Shown here: piece after piece, positions 1 to 30,958 of the stretch | How positions within the stretch are numbered: the first letter of the stretch is position 1 | Layout: the number at the start of each line of letters is the position of its first letter | Assembly (NCBI GenBank): GCA_903813345.2 | Contig: CAIIXF020000001.1 | Location: 2,666,001-2,730,000, forward strand | DNA length: 64,000 bases | Reading direction: 5' to 3' | From: Owenia fusiformis | Lineage: Eukaryota | Made by a program: the position numbers and the translations under genes | Notes under the pieces: generated by a model | What the model saw: the letters and a program-made list of their open reading frames with translations, nothing else | Told to the model about the DNA's origin: nothing | Database searches by the model: none

Positions 1-607
1 GTAATCCCCCTAGTTGTTCCCAAGGAGTGTAAGAGGGAGTAAGGGATACAGGAGCTTAATGCAAGACTATGAACCAATTTTAATTGGATCTTTCTCGAAA
101 ATATGGGCATTTTGTATGGTAAAAATGTTAATGACGTGGGGAAAAATTGGCAAATTACTTCATCAATAAATTACTCCCAAAACAAAGATCAATCAAAAAT
201 CGAGTACATAGATAGATATTATAAATATTTATTTTGGTTGATTTTCATTTTGTTGTTGTAAAAAATGAATTATTGCAAGGATCATCTGATCATACATGAA
301 CTCTAAACATAGAAAATGAATTTACATCAGTGCAAAATGTACACAATTGTGGGTGTTATTCCATGAACAGGGTGTAAACCACACAGCCATCTGATCAACA
401 AATAACACCCACTTCTATCAAAATATTATTTTTCCTCAAAGATTTATTGTCTTTTCCTGAAATTGTCTTAGATTTGAATTCTGTCCAACAGTGTGGTATT
501 TGGGTGTATCAATAACATGGAATGAGTGTCTAACATGAGTGTTTAACATGAGTAAGTCATGTGATCTAGATTCACGTATCATATGCCATTATTACAAAAG
601 TCACTGT

Positions 608-19605
<18,998 letters not shown>

Positions 19606-19925
19606 TGTAACTTCTGTTTTTTGCAGATATTTAAGTTTTAACTCGGATATTTTTTTCCGGCGACCGACGCTGTTTCAAAATGGCTGCTTACGACACGTGT
19701 GCTCACGTCATCGAATGATGTGTAGGAATTCCGTTTGATAAAAATAATATTAACCATGTATATTCCGAAATACTTATACATAAAGACAAGGCAACACTCA
19801 GTGTCATGATTTTGTAATATTGAATGAAACAACAAAACTTCTTTGCGAAACTCATATATTATCCAGAAACTTAAATTTATTATGTACACACATTCTGATG
19901 ACGTAAATTTGGAAAACACCTAAAA
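19606..19925. promoter_or_regulatory. Bidirectional promoter between VCP and LEPROT
   Basis: Start codons are 320 bp apart, head-to-head. CpG-richer. YY1-type CAAAATGGCTGC, E-box CACGTG, CRE-like TCACGTCA and TGACGTAA. Confidence 0.7.
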
Positions 19926-22900
19926 ATGGCAGGAATCAGAGGTAAAAAAATCTCTATGTTTTCTTAGTGTTCTAGCACTGACTGTACCATTTGGTACAAT
20001 CATTTTACTATAAACATATGTACAAGCTCAATGTGATTTCATATGCACATAAATTGAGACGATATTTTCACAATCCATTTCAAGTAATCAATATTTCACA
20101 AATAGATTGAAATATCATTCATTTGAAACATTTTTAGGATGAGGAATGCAGGAAACTGTCAGTCATGTATATTTTTCCAAATGACTCATTTCAATGTGAT
20201 ACCTGAAGTATATATCGACACTGTACATGTAGCACATTGAGCATTTATTATTACTAGGGGCGATCTGTGAAGGTTCTAGTTTTTGGTTCGGTTTTCGTGT
20301 ATGCGCATCAAATCTAGCAATTTGATTAGTTCAAATTATTAAAGTAGATCTAGTAGATCTTCAGTGCTTATAGTAAATAATAAAGGATGGGTTTTCAAAC
20401 TCAACAGAGTGCTCTTACCTTATCCCGTGCCAGGACTATAGTCCTGTAACGAGCGCATTCTTTTCCCTGTACGATTACAACTTGGGAGAATTTTTCTTTT
20501 TCATCGAGAGATATTCCATCACTTTCAAAGATGGCAGTTGGATTTAAAAGGGGATTCCCCGTTTGACTGACCCGGAAGTGGCCCGGATAACCAATAAATG
20601 GAAGAATTTGACGGTTGAAATAAGTTAAATATTACACGCAAATATTGCGTTCAAAAACGAAAATTTCTTTGTTGTGCCGATAAACCCAGACAATTGTAGA
20701 TTCAACTACAGGAAAAGAATGCTAAAATACCAAGGAATCTATTGGAATAGGTATCTCAAGTGTAAGAAGCGTAGAAAATCCTCCCATGTTGTAATCGTAC
20801 AGGCAAAAGAATAAGACGTTCGCAGGATTATAGTCCTGGTACGTGATAACTCTTACCTTACCTTCTTCTAAGGCCACTGTATCGTGACCTTCGTCCAAAG
20901 ATAAATTACTGCATGTATAACAGGTCATGTCGTAATCATAAAATTTGAAATCAAATGTCCACCATTTTTCCACATCACAATTTGAATTGGGAGGTTTGGT
21001 CTTATTACCTCAGCAAAAATTCCAAAACACACATGATGTGATCAATGTATTAGTTCACATCTTCTGGATCGCTAACTTAGAATTAACACTCAGTTACTAA
21101 TGTCAGACATTAACAACATTCCATCCAGTTTTCGAATATCGCCATTTTTCTTGGAGCCATTTTGTTTTAATTTTAGACGAAAGCCTGACGAAATCATGAA
21201 GTATCTCATCAAGGTGCTGAGCCGGTCCCATTTTAATTAATGATTTATTTATCCAGCGATTTTTAGAGTATTCGATAAACTTATGACATGCCGGCCAGCT
21301 TTTTTCAAATGGAGTTCACAGTATCCCAGATGAAATTACCTAGAAATTGGCTAGAGACTCGAGAGACTCTTACCAAAATGGATTTGCCTATATACCCCTG
21401 AGACTCTTATCTGATAGAAAGAATGTACAAATAAAACAAAAGTTTTGCTATTGTAGGTAAAAAGCTCTCTTAAATTTCGAAGTGATTTTACCTGTTAATT
21501 CTGTCATTGGTCGCCATTTTTGCGGAAGTTACACTGGAACACAAACTCCATGGAACGAATCGAAATCACTAGAAAAAAACATGGCACAGAACGTGCGCAT
21601 GCGCTCTAAAGTTAAAACAAATCAGACTATTTGATTATTTCACTAAAAGAAATATACCCGCTGAATTCATAATACTGTTATTTGTCATTTTCCAGGCCTG
21701 TAGCCAGGAGGGGGGGGGGGGGGGTTAGATGGCATTAGAGAACCCCCCTGGCCAAAAATTCCTTGAAGGAGCAATTTATGTTTCTTTTATCATTCAAAAA
21801 CTTTCATATATTGTACAAAAATGTATTAACATCAGAGGTAGGTCTCAGGTTACAAAAGCATTATTGCTCCCCTCGCTTACTAGTATATATAATGTTTTGC
21901 ATACCTTTCTTTTATTTATTTCCATGTATTGTTCCTGTTCCATCTCTGCTGTATGGTTGGTCCCATTATCTCATATATAGCGTAAGTTGAAATTAATGTT
22001 AATAACTTCAACAAACTTTACATAATCATATGGGGGTTCCTTGAATAACTTACATTTGTCTGGGGCCCTAATTTTTGTAAAAATAATGTAGTTAAACATT
22101 TATACGTGGCACTATTAGAAATGAGTGTGTAGTGACGGTATTATTACAATAGTAATATTAAAAGAAATGTTTCCTCAATTTCACAACCCTGACTTAACTT
22201 CCAGTTTTGCAAATTTTTCTTTTTCTCACTGGTTGGCAATGTGATTTCAAGTAGTCACTATTCAGTATTTCCAAATCAAAATCCTGTTTCTCATTAACTT
22301 AATGTAGAATGAACCTCTGTAGGTGGAACACCTCCCAAGTATGACAATAGTTTGAGGTACCACATGTGTTCCACTCACACAGGTCTTACTGTATTGGAAT
22401 GTTGAATGTTGAAATTAACGATTACATTGTACATATTCTTTGTAGCCTGATTGGCCTGGCTTTTGCTGCTGCAGCAGGGATCACATTATTAGTGCTAGGA
22501 TGTGCTCTTCCACAATACAAGTATGTCTGAACAAAGCTTTATTCTATAAGTATAACTAATCACTCAAATACTGTACTCCTGGTCATTTTCGCATGCTACT
22601 ATATTTCACGTTTTTATGAGTTTTGGAAATAGTTCTAGTACATGTAGTTTTGATTATCAAAATATAATAGTTGCAAAAAGAAACAAGAAAATGCCTTATT
22701 TATATTGCTTATATGTTCTGGCTATTCTCACAAATTTTTTCTCATAATTCCAGCAACTGGTGGCCGATGTTTGTACTGTTTTTCTACGTCCTGTCACCCG
22801 TGCCGACAATCATATCCAGACGACTTGCTGACAGTCTAGAGTCAAGTAATGCATTGACAGAAGCCATGATATTTACAACTGCTGCAATAGTGGTATCAGC

Positions 22901-25900
22901 ATATGGTCTTCCTGTGGTCTTAGCACACACTCCTGTCGGGTCACCTATAGTAAGTATTTTCTATGTACACAGCAAAAGTACAATTTGAAATATTCACTTA
23001 TGCATGAGCTAAACCAATGGAATTTCTGATTAGAAGTGTGAGGGTTTCATTTGCAGCAGCAAATAGGCGATTTTGGACTTTTCGTTGGTTGTTTTAGCAA
23101 AAACCTGTTGTTTGATCCCAAGAATCCCATGCTGAAATTATAAATTCCAATAATTTTGACTGCTTCCATTTATTTTGCCCAATATTGTCAGAAATTCTAA
23201 TGAAACTCTTGAAAGTGTACATATCTCATTTAGGTTTATCACTGCTTAAAACCTCCAAAGTACAAATCATGTATATGTACTATTCTCAAAGGGAATCTAA
23301 TTTCTCATTCTCAATTATTACAAAGAATTCCAAGGGACAACTGTATTTTTATTTAGATTGCTGACTTTTAATGAAGCCTAATGTTAATATAAGGAACAAG
23401 AGAAAAGCAACTGAATTGTCATATTAAATTATTATTCTTAGTTGTCCTTTTATCCCGGGCCTTTTATCTCGTTTTCACCAGTGAGGTCATGACCACCCTA
23501 ACAGCAAATACCTGAAGTTGCTGATTACAGTTAGTTTTATTAAGTCTTGGTCAGGTGTAAATAAAGATTTCCTCTTTGTATATATGTCTCCTGTCTAAAG
23601 TGGCTATAACATACTTAGGGGGAGGGGGGTAGTTTTCAGCATTAGTTGTTGTTCAATTTAAAGGTCAATTCAGACAATAATGTTACTCCAACAATAATAT
23701 AAGGCAAAAGACATGCAATTATTTAATGAGTCAGATGATACATTTCTTGCCGAACCATTAAATAGCTTGTGAACTATTTTTCATTTTTTGTAAAACTCTT
23801 TCTGCACATTTTATGATATTTTCTCAGTTGATTTTTTTCTGATTATCAGTTCTTTATTACATGTTTAATGTTGTTAAACATTTTTTGAATACTTTTGAAA
23901 TGTCAATTGATTTTACATTGTTACATTTTTTGTCTGATTCTAATAAAATCTTCCTATTCCAAATGAAATTACATGTACATTGTAATTTAATTCTTCAACA
24001 ACTGATGAATATTAGACATATCCTTAAGGTAGTTCTGTAAGTTCAGAAATTTTAATGGTTTCTTAATTGAAGTCCCATGATTTTTTCAAGAACATGGTCC
24101 ACATCTTTCAGTTTTGCACAAAGAGTACACAAATGTATCTTGATTATAACTTGAGGGTAAATAATTTTCTACAATGTATAATTTTAAAAGGTCACTGAAT
24201 TTTCTCCTTTTATATAGGCCATGTTATGCTATGATCCTTAACTTTACAATCTAGATATATTTGAGCACCATTTGTGCTAAAACTTAAAGAGGTGGATCGT
24301 ATATAGAAAGAGTTATGTGTACCTGAAAATAACATTGGACTCAAATTAATTAGCCATTATAATTTTGAACATACGGAATTACCTTAAGGAGTATTCAGAT
24401 TAAGGCACTACAAAATGTTGCAGATCCAGCCAGTTCCCTGTATACTTGTCAGTATCGGGAACACTATTATATTTGGAACAATTGGAGTATACTTCAAATT
24501 ATTTGCTGGTGACAATGATTTTGAATTCTCCAGATGGTGATATTAATGTACAAATATTTGCTTTAATTATCTGTGTTTTTATATACAAGGAATTATATAA
24601 GCTTATACAGTATGTAAGAATATGATAGCTTAAAATATTCTCTTTGGGCAATCATGGGGTACTATGGCATTAGAGCTTTTTTTGTAAAAAGATGTTATGA
24701 GTACTAGTATCAGAATGATAGGAGATTTCAAATCTTCTCACATTTAGTATTATTATTTGGAAATTAATATAGCACATTTGATTCTGTTTTGAAATTATCA
24801 TGCTTCAATATATTCAAATATTTCATTCTCTTGAATTGAATACCAGACTATTTTTAATGATTTGGGCAAAGTGTACTTGTATTCCTGAAGCTCAAACAGC
24901 TATCACAAGGGGAAAATATCTTGCAAAAATCTTGAAAAAATTGATTACAGCAAAACCTGTATATGATATATCCAAATACCTCTGTAGTCTGAACACATCT
25001 CATCCATGTCAAGGCGAATACTTTTTTGGTCCCATTTTTTCAACTGCCACCGACTTTCATGTTTAAAAGTGAAGCCAATCTAAAAACTTTTGGTCAAGCC
25101 CAGTGTTATTTGGAATTAACAGATTTTACTGCATGATTATGTACAGTAGTACTGTTGTATATCATCTCAATATGGGATCTCATTGAGAATATTCATCTGT
25201 TAGTGCCATGTTCTAATGCTGCAGAGTTGATGAGCAGCAGTAAGATTGAAGCATTAAGTATTTTTTAAGAATATAAGATAAGTTTATTAATTTTGGAAAA
25301 GTAGACTTGCTTTTTATTTAGTTTCTATTTGTAAATCTTCACTTTTATATAAAAGTGAGAAATAGTATGCCATATATAGTCTTAGATAGTTTAAAGCGAC
25401 GGCAAAGGACGTTGGAAGCAAGCTTTTCAATATAAAATACATGTATATCCCTTACAATTTCAAAATATATGAAAACATTTGAGAAATCTTATGCGTTGGA
25501 TGAATGTTGAAAAAATTAGAAATCAGTCATAATATGTTTTTTGCAATAACATCTGTTTTTGAAATGCTCTATAAGAAATGTTGATTTTGTATGATTTTAT
25601 AAAATTGTGACAATTTCTTAAATACTTTCACTCAGCCCATCTCTATCTTTTGCTGTTTCTTTGATGATTATGAGTTTTTATTGAGTTAAGCTTGGTTGCT
25701 TATGACAGTTGAAGTGCCTATTGAAGTGCCTATTGTATTGCCAATGTTATATTTTAATGAAGCACCATATTTAAATTACCAAGTCCAGTATATTACCTAG
25801 CTTATCTGTGTTTTAGCAGAACATTCACCTTAATTTATATTTTACAAAAATGGTCTTGGTAGGACTACATTTTGATAAAATTGATACAACTGTGTAATGA

Positions 25901-26804
25901 TTCATTCAGAGTAACATTTTTACAGTCTAACTAACTATATTTGAACTATTTTCGTCTATTTCTTGCAGATAAGTTTAGGTGCTATGGCCCTTGTCATGGC
26001 AGGAAACACAGTTTCATTTGGGACTATTTTAGCCTATTTCATAGTGTTCAATGAGGATTCCATGGACTATAGTAGTTGGTGAAGCAACAACAACAACGAA
26101 ATCCAGAGAAAACTAGGACTCAATTGTTTATTAATGTATATTTTGACAGAATATATTACATACATGTACATATTGCATAAACGATAGCTACACATTTAAG
26201 TTTTAGTTACTTTCTGCTGTAAATAGTGTTGTATAGTACCTTTAGAATTGTGCAAAATGTTTGATTTGTTAAATATACTGTATACATATTCTAGTGAAAT
26301 ATACAGTATAATTAAATATTGTTTTAATTTCCTTGGCAATGTCAACTGAGTTAAGATTTTGGAGGACACCTATAATTTAATGCATGCCATTGCTTACTGT
26401 ATCACTTATTTGTGTATTAACTTATTTCTTTTCTTTGTGTTCAATGTTTTCAAACAACTTTTTCTTGTATGCTTTGCTTTCTAGATAGATCTCGACATGC
26501 TTCCTTTACTTTAGTTCCATTTAACATGTAATTTATAGAATCAAACATGGTTCTTTTGTTTCTTTGATTTTTGTAATCACAGTATCAGTAGTGACAACTC
26601 TTTCAAACCATGTACAGATGATGATGCTATTACATTTGAAAAATCAAAGTGAGTCAAATAACTTTACTGCTCATTTTTCTGCAGATAGCCTGGGGGGCGT
26701 GTGCTTTAGTGCTATTTGGAAACACAGTTGTCTTTCTTACCATCCTAGCCTACTTTGTCATGTTTGGGAACCATGACGATATGGACTACAGTAGCTGGCA
26801 ATGA
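19926..26804 (+). CDS. LEPROT: Leptin receptor gene-related protein / endospanin / Vps55 family, with three alternative last exons
   Basis: Exons 19926-19941 (MAGIR), 22446-22520 ([25 protein letters not shown]), 22754-22949 ([17 protein letters not shown]...GLPVVLAH), then 24424-24540, 25969-26082 or 26685-26804. The exon 1/2 junction is 1 nt short of frame as assembled. Confidence 0.9.
20420..20849. mobile_element. Non-autonomous DNA transposon with 8-bp TSD
   Basis: Imperfect ~30-bp TIR TTATCCCGTGCCAGGACTATAGTCCTG/CAGGATTATAGTCCTGGTACGTGATAA. TSD CTCTTACC at 20412-20419 and 20850-20857. Confidence 0.78.
24028..24383. mobile_element. MITE with TTAA TSD and GG..CC termini (Kolobok-like)
   Basis: TTAA|GGTAGTTCTGTAAGTTCAGAAATT...AATTTTGAACATACGGAATTACC|TTAA. 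Lies 40 bp upstream of LEPROT exon 4a. Confidence 0.7.
24424..24540 (+). CDS. LEPROT: LEPROT alternative last exon 4a
   Basis: gcag|[38 protein letters not shown]. Phase 0, weak pyrimidine tract. Confidence 0.75.
   Translation: MQPVPCILVSIGNTIIFGTIGVYFKLFAGDNDFEFSRW
25969..26082 (+). CDS. LEPROT: LEPROT alternative last exon 4b
   Basis: tttcttgcag|[37 protein letters not shown]. Confidence 0.85.
   Translation: MSLGAMALVMAGNTVSFGTILAYFIVFNEDSMDYSSW
26685..26804 (+). CDS. LEPROT: LEPROT alternative last exon 4c
   Basis: tttttctgcag|[39 protein letters not shown]. Closest to the canonical I.WGACAL..GN.V.F.TI motif. Confidence 0.88.
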   Translation: MAWGACALVLFGNTVVFLTILAYFVMFGNHDDMDYSSWQ

Positions 26805-27874
26805 TTATAACAGCATGTTATAATCCACTACATGTTCTACCATGTACATGCAAACTAACCAGGTTCAACTAACACTACTACAATTAATTACTGTTAATTG
26901 GGTAGATTTGGCGCCTGTTTTTATTTGGCGATTTAGCAGTTCAATACATGGTTTTAATCACCACCAATAACAAGTTTACAATATATATATATATCATGTG
27001 TTATATTGTATTTTATGGAACTTTTACAAAAACTAGCAAATTAAAAATCAACCAATATCCAGAAAATGGTGAAAATTCCAAAGAACACAGTGCCAAATTA
27101 ACCCAGTTAAGAGTAGACAACAGTGTACATGATTACATGCACAATTGTAGTTGTATTCAGGATCCAAATATGACTGATGTTTTTTTACTTAAATTTTAAA
27201 CACTAGTATACAATGCAATCTTTTGTCTTGTGTGAGATAATTGTGCATTGCAATTTGTATACATTGCAGGGCAAAATACAACAGCTAAATACCCTAGAAT
27301 GTGCTCATATTCTTGATGGTTGATGCTTTAATTCCTATACTACTTGTATCTCAGTGTTCTACCATTAACACCTACATAACATTCTTTTAAAATCATAGGT
27401 TTAAGGTGGATATAAAGATGGCAGCAGTTGTAGTTTTCATAAAACAGATTGATTACACTGCCATCTTTATTTAAAAATCATTTCAATCGCCCTTTAGCTT
27501 TTCATTAAAATACTAACAATGGGCTTGGAAACTGTTCATAACATAGATTAAGGATTTCTATTTCTTCTCCTTTTCTATCTGTATATGTGCATTTCGCATA
27601 ATGAACACTATATGTGTCATATTCCATGTTATATGTTTGTGAGTAAATATCACTGCAATCAACATACTTACAATTAACCAAAAAGGTTCACTGAGATCAT
27701 ATCACTCATTTAAGGAGAAATCATGGATTTTAAACAGTCATTGTTGAACTAATTCCTCACTTTGTAAAAATTGCTTTGATATGAACATCTTACTAATATG
27801 CATTGCTTTGTAATGAAAAAAAGTCACACATTATATACGTATAGAGCAATACTCCCTGGTAGTGAATAGAATTA

Positions 27875-28075
27875 CACTCCCCTCCATAAGTTTGGCAACC
27901 AGAGGTATTCATTGGATTGCATATTAAAGCATGGCAATGTTTGAATCTGAATTTTGTTCCTTGATTACAATATTTTGAAAATTTGATGATTTTTTAAATC
28001 TCCAAACACAAACAAGTTTTTGAAGAGAATCATCCAGAAGGACACTTCCAGTTGCCAAACTTATGGAAGGGAGTG
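27875..28075. mobile_element. Tc1/mariner-type MITE (same TIR as 58839-59714)
   Basis: TA|CACTCCCCTCCATAAGTTTGGCAAC...GTTGCCAAACTTATGGAAGGGAGTG|TA. Confidence 0.82.
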
Positions 28076-29667
28076 TAATTCTGTTCACTACCAGGGACTA
28101 TTGCTATATAGATAATGTGTGACATTTTTTTTCATTACAAAGCAATGCATATTGTGTTTTTAAATTGTGTATATATGAACTACATGTGCAATGTACCATA
28201 CAGTACATATGGTTTTATGTGTACATATGGATCTACACTCTAAAAAAGTGTACCACGTTGACTAACATAAGTTCATTCATGTTAAGTCATTTGGTTGTGA
28301 GACTGAAACATGTTTCATTTACTGAGGTGTTCCTCTTTACAAGTTTCACAGTATATTCTATATGCATTGTGAATCTGGTGGATCTGAATATATGATTTAA
28401 TATGTATAAAACATGGAAAAATAAACAAATTAATGAATAGACTTAAGTTGCTTTGAGGTTAGTTAAATTACTAAAGTTATTTAATTGTATCCACAGGTCT
28501 ATTGTATTTTATGGTTTTAGATTTCAAGGTACCACTAAACTAAAGTCTCAGGTAAACTTTAAGGCCACTTGTACTGTATTTTGTCATTTCCCCTTTCCAT
28601 GTGTGTTTTTAGACCTCCATTCAATATATATGTGACTGTTGGTCTTTCTATTGTAAATTTTGTAAATATATATTTTGTCATACAATGGCATTTTAAAATG
28701 AATATTCATTTATTAACTATTTAAACTTGAATGTCTATCAAGTTGCCATTGCAAGCCTAGCTAGAAATAGAACTCTTGTAAATTAGTGTAAATAGTTTTC
28801 ATAAACTGTAAATCTAAAAGTCTAAAGGCAGGCAACCCATTAAATCAAACGGTCTCTTGGAAATTGTTTTGGTTCATAATGAACTGGTAACTGATATATG
28901 TTTTACTGTATGTAGCCTCTCTTCAACTGAATTTGTTTGGCCTCTTTGATTCTCCAAGACATTTAATGGTATTGTCTTTATTTATGTGGTATGTTTGTCT
29001 AAAAGAATGAGCCATTAATCATGCTTTCAAAATACACTAAAGAGGGTTGATCTTTATTGAATACATGGGCATTTCTATCATAAATTAGTTATGTGATGCA
29101 AAAATACTAGCCATTCAACAACTGGAGTAATGCACCAGAACTTCAGAACAACATACATTTGTGCAATAGGCAAGAATTATGGGGTGTAGTTCACCCAATT
29201 ATCTTTCATGTAGTGCAAGCAGCTAATTGACTGGTTTCTCTTATATCAACGTCAGACAAAATGTTGTATTTTTACATGTTTTTTTCAAGCCATCAATAAT
29301 GCCAAATATGTATTTATTGTATTGTATGGTTATGTGAGGGTTCACTGGTTCAAACACTACACAGAACAATTTATATATTAAGAACAAATATATTTCAGTA
29401 GGTTTGTATGAATAACTAGTCTGTATATTATTGAAGTAATTGTAATTTATAATAAACTGCCTTGAAACAGAGAAATTCTACATTTTGTCTGTTAACTGTA
29501 TAGTTACCCTTTGCAGACTGTGTTCACAACTTCCCCTTTGTTAAGTAATATTCAGTACACATATATGAATAAAATTGAATACCAAACACGGCTTACAAGC
29601 ATTAATCCACCTGATAATGTATTCATCTTATAGACACGATGGAATTTCAAACATTATTCCATAATAA

Positions 29668-29922
29668 CATGTTTTCCCTGGGAAAATAACAGGGAATAAA
29701 ATTGATATTCAAAAGATTCAGCCAATATCCCGTATCACATCCTGTATCAGCCAAAATCCCATATAAGATCCCGTATCAGAACTATCAGAAAATTTCATGA
29801 GACTTAACAATGTGTTATTATGGTATATTATGATCCAAAATTAAAAATATATTTTCCTTGGTCAATATCATATTTTCCCTCAAAATAAAATTCATATTCC
29901 ATCCCTCCCATTAAATAACCTC
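29668..29922. repeat. Dispersed repeat, related to 51447-52125
   Basis: Shares CATGTTTTCCCTG...ATCCCGTATCAG subrepeats and AATAAAATTCATATTCCATCCCTCCCATTAAATAACC with the 51.4-52.1 kb copies. Confidence 0.75.
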
Positions 29923-30958
29923 TCTATATTGAGCTGTTTAAAGGAAATGCAAAAGTTAATTCAAAAATTGTGTACTGCAATAAGCCCCCTTTTCTATAGG
30001 CCTAATCAAACTTGATTTTCTCCAACAGGCCATTTTCTCAAAACTTTTTGTTGTCAATATTGCCAATACCTAAAAATCTGAGATTACCTAGAAAATGGCC
30101 AACAGTGTTGATGGATGCTCAGATGGATAGATGCCTAGACGATCCTAAATGCCCATTAAACTAAGAAATTCATGATGAAATAACGAGGCAGTAGTATGAA
30201 ATGAAAGCAAGGTTATTTCTCACACCACCCTTGCACCTTGCAGCTACTTATAATGACCAGGTGAGTGTGCTAGTGGTGCTAGTGTGACTGGGGCAGTACC
30301 AATGATTGTTTTTGAATTCGAAGTTTTAATTTATCTAAATATCTAGGAGCTGCCGAACACTCCAAGGCATCATAGATTTCAAATTTGACACCCAAAAGTT
30401 GAAATTAAGCAATATATGGGTAACTTAATTCGCAAACAAGTGTTGGCATCACACCAGTTATACTATCGCAGTGGTCTGGTCCATTATCGAAAGCTACACA
30501 AACCAAGGGTGTTATAAAACCTGTCAAATGGTATTCAAGTTAAAGCAAAACTTCTGATTTTTACCTAAAATGATCAAAGGGCTGAAGGATGGGAATAACT
30601 GATTTTGGTGCAGAAGTATAATATTTTTCCAAGTAATATCAAGAGATTTATGCTCTTTCCCAAGGAGTTTTTAAAAACATTTTTCATCAGTATCAGTAAA
30701 GTATTCTTTGAATTGAGGTTATCACATCGATGGAAAAATAAATGAAACAACAGACCTCGTTTTGTTGGATAATAATACCCAATGGTACTTTATTGAAAGT
30801 ACATTATGAGGGTAAACATACAAAATGAGCCATTTATTTTCATTGGAGCCTTTCCATGAGAAAATCCAGAATGAAGTCCTCTCAGCCTGTCAGTACTGCA
30901 AAGTTATGCATTTGTACTACCATTTCCAATGCTTGTTGGATTGTTATTTGTAATTTCA

